The notes under the pieces are model-generated. The model ran no database searches. It worked only from the letters and a program-made list of their open reading frames with translations, and was not told the DNA's origin. Both the position numbers and the translations under genes were made by a program. This document shows, piece by piece, positions 58,864 to 64,000 of a stretch of DNA of 64,000 nucleotides (positions are counted from its first letter, which is position 1; each line of letters starts with the position of its first letter). This stretch comes from Eledone cirrhosa (lineage: Eukaryota): contig OZ024746.1 in NCBI GenBank assembly GCA_964016885.1, positions 74,896,001 to 74,960,000 of the forward strand. Direction: 5' to 3'.

Positions 58864-59240
58864 ATTGTGTACAGTGCTCAGGTGCACTACAACTCGTCAA
58901 AGGTGCATGTATAGTACATAGAATAATATACAAATGTCAGGGAAGTGAATAGTGTATGAGTCATGATATACATGTGCGCGTGTGTATGGAGGGGGAACAT
59001 TAGGTGTAGTGTTGGCGAATCTCAGGAAGCATGGAAGTTTTAAAGGATGCAGTGTCTCGACAGCTAATAACGGATGCAGGTAGTTTGTTCCATGCTTCAG
59101 CAACTCTGAGCGTGAAAAAATGTTTCCGAAAGTCATAGGAGCTGTGCTGTTTTCTGACTTTGTAGGCATGCCCACGTGTGTTAGACACATGGAAATCTAA
59201 AAGGTACTCAGGGTTGTTGTTGGCAAGATGGTTAAGCTCT
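58864..59240 (-). mobile_element. CR1/L2-group LINE 3' fragment
   Basis: NTRGHAYKV...FRKHFFTLRVAEAWNKLP...ASFK motif followed by a 3' UTR. Confidence 0.85.
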
Positions 59241-59314
59241 GTTTTATACATAGAGAACTCTCTTTTCCTTTGCTTTTTCTTCGGAAATACTTAACATACA
59301 TATATGTATGTATG

Positions 59315-59397
<83 letters not shown>

Positions 59398-59450
59398 TCT
59401 TATATATATATACATACATATATATATAGAAACGTACATACATACATACA

Positions 59451-59484
<34 letters not shown>

Positions 59485-59939
59485 CATTACATTATTCAAC
59501 TGATATATTCATTATTGTTTACTTTTATGAGCTTTACTATTTTGAAAACCTTTTTATTTGCATTCAATTAATTAATTTTTGAAAAGAAAATGACATGAAA
59601 ACTCAACATTCCTTTTACAACATGAACATTTTATTTTTCAGTTTACTGAACATAGTGGGAAGACTGTGTGTGTAAGATTATTAGAAGACTCAGCATCTTG
59701 GTTAAAATTACTTTCAAAACCTGTTGATATGCCCAAGAATTGTATCGTTTTTTATGAAGGTATGTTCATATTTTCTATATATTAATTGTTTCTACTTTAG
59801 GCACAAGGCCAGCAAATACCCAGTGCATTACTGGTACTATCTATATATTAATGCTGTTGTATATTTCCTGTAAAACCTTAACCACACTGTTGAAAAGGGA
59901 TCATAAGTGTGTGTGCGTGTGTAAGAGAGAGAGGGAGAG

Positions 59940-59990
<51 letters not shown>

Positions 59991-60064
59991 CGGTGGAGGT
60001 GTTTGTAACAATAACAATGGATCATAAGTGTTTATGTATAAAATCATTTAAAAATAAAATAATA

Positions 60065-60246
60065 ATTGTTTCTACTTTTGGCCCAAGGCCAGTAATTATC
60101 CCAGTGCATTACTGGTACTTCATTTTATTGACCCCCGTAAGGATGAAAGGCAAAGTTAGCCTCGGTGGGATTTGAACTCGGACCGTAAAGGTGGGTAACT
60201 CTATGCTGCAAAGTAAGGCGTCCGATCCTCTACCGATACTGCCAAA
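60065..60246 (-). mobile_element. SINE A
   Basis: Homology to the family; further fragments at 58804-58863 and 59785-59838. Confidence 0.88.
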
Positions 60247-60261
60247 CCAAAGTAATAACAG

Positions 60262-60600
60262 AATAAAGACGGGATAGATACATAGTGATATATGTATGAA
60301 AGATCCTGGAAGGGTTAACACCAAAGTTTTACATTGAAGGCAGGACCAGCCCCCAAAGAGGATGCCTCTGTGAGGTGCCAAAGTTTCCATCTGTACATCA
60401 AGAATAAGGACCACATACCCCAATAGCCTGGGGTTTAAGGGGCCCCAGCTTTTTAATAGGCTGCAAAAAAATTTGAGAGATCTACATGGTCTACAAGCAG
60501 ATGTTTTCAAGAGAAATCTTGAAAGTGAAGCGCAAATAAGGGTGACAGCAACAAACTCCCTTTTCATCAATGGCTAACCACGGAAAGCTGGCTATATAAA
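60262..60600 (+). mobile_element. Degraded CR1-group LINE 3' fragment
   Basis: RRDRYIVIYV*KILEGLTP... and NSLGFKGPQLFNRLQKNLRDL...VFKRNL read by eye across frameshifts. Confidence 0.7.
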
Positions 60601-61190
60601 GTGTAGCTTCAATGGTGGTGCCCCAGCATGGTCTCAGTCTAGAATATATATATATATACACACACACAAACATATACACATTCTAATTATTTATTTATTA
60701 TTAGCTTTCACTGGAGGGATTTGGGTTTAAGAATGTCAATTTACTGAGTGTCTTTATGCTGTAACAAATATATATATGTATATATATATATGCCTTCAGT
60801 TTATTTATACACTTTAATGCTGCCCTATCTATTTGCTTATTTTAGTTTTTACTGCTTAAGATTCCCCACTGTACACTGGCTATATAGTTTTATTAGTGAA
60901 TATTTAATTATTTTGTATTGCTTATTTATTTATTTATTTATTTAGTTAAGTTCCTTGTTTAGTTTTGTCTTAATGGAAATGCACAGAATGAAATGAGAGG
61001 CTTATTCTTGTATTGTGTGTTTTGTATTTCAGATTATTCCATTCTGAAAACATGCAATTCGAGAACAAAATATAATATAAGCAATTGTTTGTAAGAGATT
61101 AAAAAAAAACACAAAAGATGTCAAATGCCAAAATACAAAAGACATGTATATACACATATATATAGATACACACATGCACACAGATACATG

Positions 61191-61230
<40 letters not shown>

Positions 61231-61728
61231 TTGTGTCTGAGAATATATGTGTGCATATATACACATGTATACAGACACACATATATATATATGCATAGCC
61301 ACATACATTTACACTGACAGACAAACTATTTCAGAGTGTAATATAAAATGTGCTATTTTACCAATACTCTGCAATAGATTGAATGCTGAGATAACATAAC
61401 TAAGCAAGTGGAATTCTCTTCTTAATCGGAGAGAGAGAGAGTTTCATTAGATAGAATCTGACATTATATATTCAGCTGAAGCATCACCATATCTATTTAC
61501 AATATATCTTAAGGATAATTTAATCTTTAAAATAATACAAGAGTTATACTGCTATTTTCTTTGCTATAGCAGCAGTTAACCTCGTGGGTCAGGCCTCATG
61601 ACAGAGCAAAGTTTTTACAGTTGGATTCCCTTTCTAGTGTCAACACTTTTAGTCATCTCTTATGAGAGGCAGAGAAACAGAGTACCACTGCTTAACTAGA
61701 TACACACTATCCAATAATCATAACAATA

Positions 61729-62560
61729 ATTGTTTCTACTTTAGGCACAAGGCCAGCAATTATTCAGTGCATTACTGGTACTTTATTTTATCGACCCTTT
61801 AAGGATGAAACGCAAAGTTAACCTCAATGGGATTTGAACTCATAATAATAATGTTTCTAATTTAGGCACAAGACCAGTAATTTGGGGTGTGGAATAAGTC
61901 AATTTTATTGACGCCAGCCCACAATTGTTATTTTATTTGACCCCAGAAGGATGAAAGGCAAAGTTAACAATGGCAGGATTTGAACTCAGATTATAAAAAA
62001 TCTGAACAAATAATGGTTTATTATCTAGGCACAAAGCCAACAATTTTGAAGGGGGGGAAAGTCAATTAAATTGACCCTGGTGGGTGACTAGTACTTTATT
62101 ATATCGACCCCATAAGGATGAAAGGTAAAGTTAACCTTGGTGGAATTTGAACTTAGATCATAAAGGGCCGTAACTCTATGCTGAATCTGAACAAATGATG
62201 ATTTCTAGTATAGGCACAAGGCCAGCAATTTGGAGGGAGGGGAAAGTCGATTAAATCGACCCCAGTACATTACTGGTGTTTTATTTTATCGACCCTGTAA
62301 GGATGAGAGGCAAAGTTAACCTCAACGGGATTTGAACTCAGACCGAAAAGGGCCGTAACTCTATGCTGAATCTGAACAAATAATGCTAGCATTTATTTAA
62401 CGAATTTGTCGATAATGATGGTTTCTAATGTAGGCATTAGGCGTGCAATTTCAAGAGGAAAAGAGTCAACCTCAGTACTTGACTTATACTCCATTTTATT
62501 GCCTCCAGAGCTTAAAAGGCAAAGTTGACCTCGGTACGATTTGAACTTAGAATGACTCAG
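61729..62560 (-). mobile_element. Cluster of five partial SINE A copies
   Basis: Repeated ggcacaaggccagc...aaggatgaaaggcaaagttaac...gatttgaactc units; spacer aatctgaacaaat occurs three times. Confidence 0.85.
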
Positions 62561-64000
62561 AACAAATAGCACAAAACTCTAATGATTCTACTAATCCACA
62601 GCCATCAATCCATCAATAATGATAATAATAATGATTTCTTTATTAGTCTCAATGGCTTGCACATATAATGCAATAAACATTATAAACTTAGTGGTTATAA
62701 TAGATGTGTAGCTGGACAAACGTTTGAGTCAACAACATTATACCATAGAAGGATTAAAATTGGATAAAGACATGAAATAAGTATAACAGTAGCTATAATA
62801 ACAGGAATTTCGATTTAGCAATAATAACAATAGTTATGAAAATAGTACAATTATTCCCATCTTGCTAAGATTTTCTTTTCCTATTTTTTTTGTGAGTATG
62901 GTTTATTTTCTGTTTATTTCATAATTGATTCTTATAATGTTATTTTTAATCTATGATATCAGAATATCTACTTTATAAATTTTCATTGACTACAGTGCAG
63001 TATTTATAATTTAATGTTAAAGTCTTTCTGTTTTCTCCCACCCACTTTTTTTTTAAAGTTCTCTTTCCCAGCTTTCGCCCACCTATTATAAAAACAAGTA
63101 ATCTTGTATACAAAACAATTTAACATATACTTAACACTGTGTCTTGAGTGTAGAGGCTTGTCAGGCTGGAGCTTATCTCAGTTACATGGTATTCATTTTC
63201 AGTTAAGTGACCCTGTTTGAGAATTGAACCCATGACCTCAAGAATCTACCCACTATGCTGTGTACCTTCACATAATATTCATCACTATTGTCACTAAATT
63301 CCAGTAATATGGTGTGTATTTCAAAAGTAAAACATTCACTAGAGTTTACTTCAGGTTTATATCAAGCTATTCTCTTCACAAACCACCAAAATCCATTGTT
63401 AATGCATAATGAATAGCCCCAAGTGATATGTGGTGAGCTGGCAGAAGCATTAAGCCATTAGAGGAAATGCCTTGTGGTATTTATTCTGAGTTCAAATGCA
63501 GCTGAGGGCAACTTATGTTTCAAACATTTGTAATTGTTTGTAGTGAAAGGAAATCTATATATGCCAATATTAATAGCACAATCACTGCATCAACCTTTAT
63601 AACTGTGATGTTGATATTCCATACTCTCTCTCTCTCTATCTCGCTCTCACTCTCTCACTCTCTCTCTCTCTCACTCTCTCACTCTCTCACTCTCTCTCTC
63701 ACACACACACACACATGAAATTAACCAGTAATTGGACCATTAGATAAATTTAACCAATGATGTTTATAAAACAGTGTTTAGTTTGTGGAGTAATTTCCCA
63801 TCATTAACACCATGACAATGAAGGAGCAGCTGTGTTGTCATTAAAATTACTAAAAATAGAAACCAAATCACTCTCAAATCACACACTACTATATTAAAAC
63901 AGAAAAGAAATATTTGATAATGTAGTACTATATATCTATGTATGTATGGGCCTGTAATTCCTGATTGAATTGTAGTGACATATGGTGTGTCTTGGGTATT

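Overview
AT-rich, microsatellite-saturated eukaryotic DNA. The repeat content (tRNA-headed SINEs with RTE-type tails, TA-embedded retroelement relics) suggests an octopod cephalopod intron or intergenic region; this is inference. Nearly all ORFs in the track are artefacts of TA/CA/GGT/CT repeats. Only one credible host exon is visible: 47713-48335 (+), AG...GT bounded, acidic then Ser/Pro-rich, ending in the start of a PR(SET)-like domain, most like FOG/ZFPM or PRDM. The rest is mobile DNA: two tRNA-derived SINE families (about 30 copies or fragments, several with 17-20 bp TSDs), RTE, CR1/L2-group and R4/Dong LINE fragments, a non-autonomous Helitron and a piggyBac-type MITE. The most notable signal is a set of ORF-less 70-350 bp inserts, mostly in (TA)n tracts, that carry type I hammerhead ribozyme folds. 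They fall into at least four sequence families. One family has three copies with two compensatory base-pair changes in stem II. Another forms a 344-bp palindrome with a ribozyme in each arm. These resemble Penelope-like pLTR relics or retrozymes. All folds and alignments were done by eye and no database searches were run.
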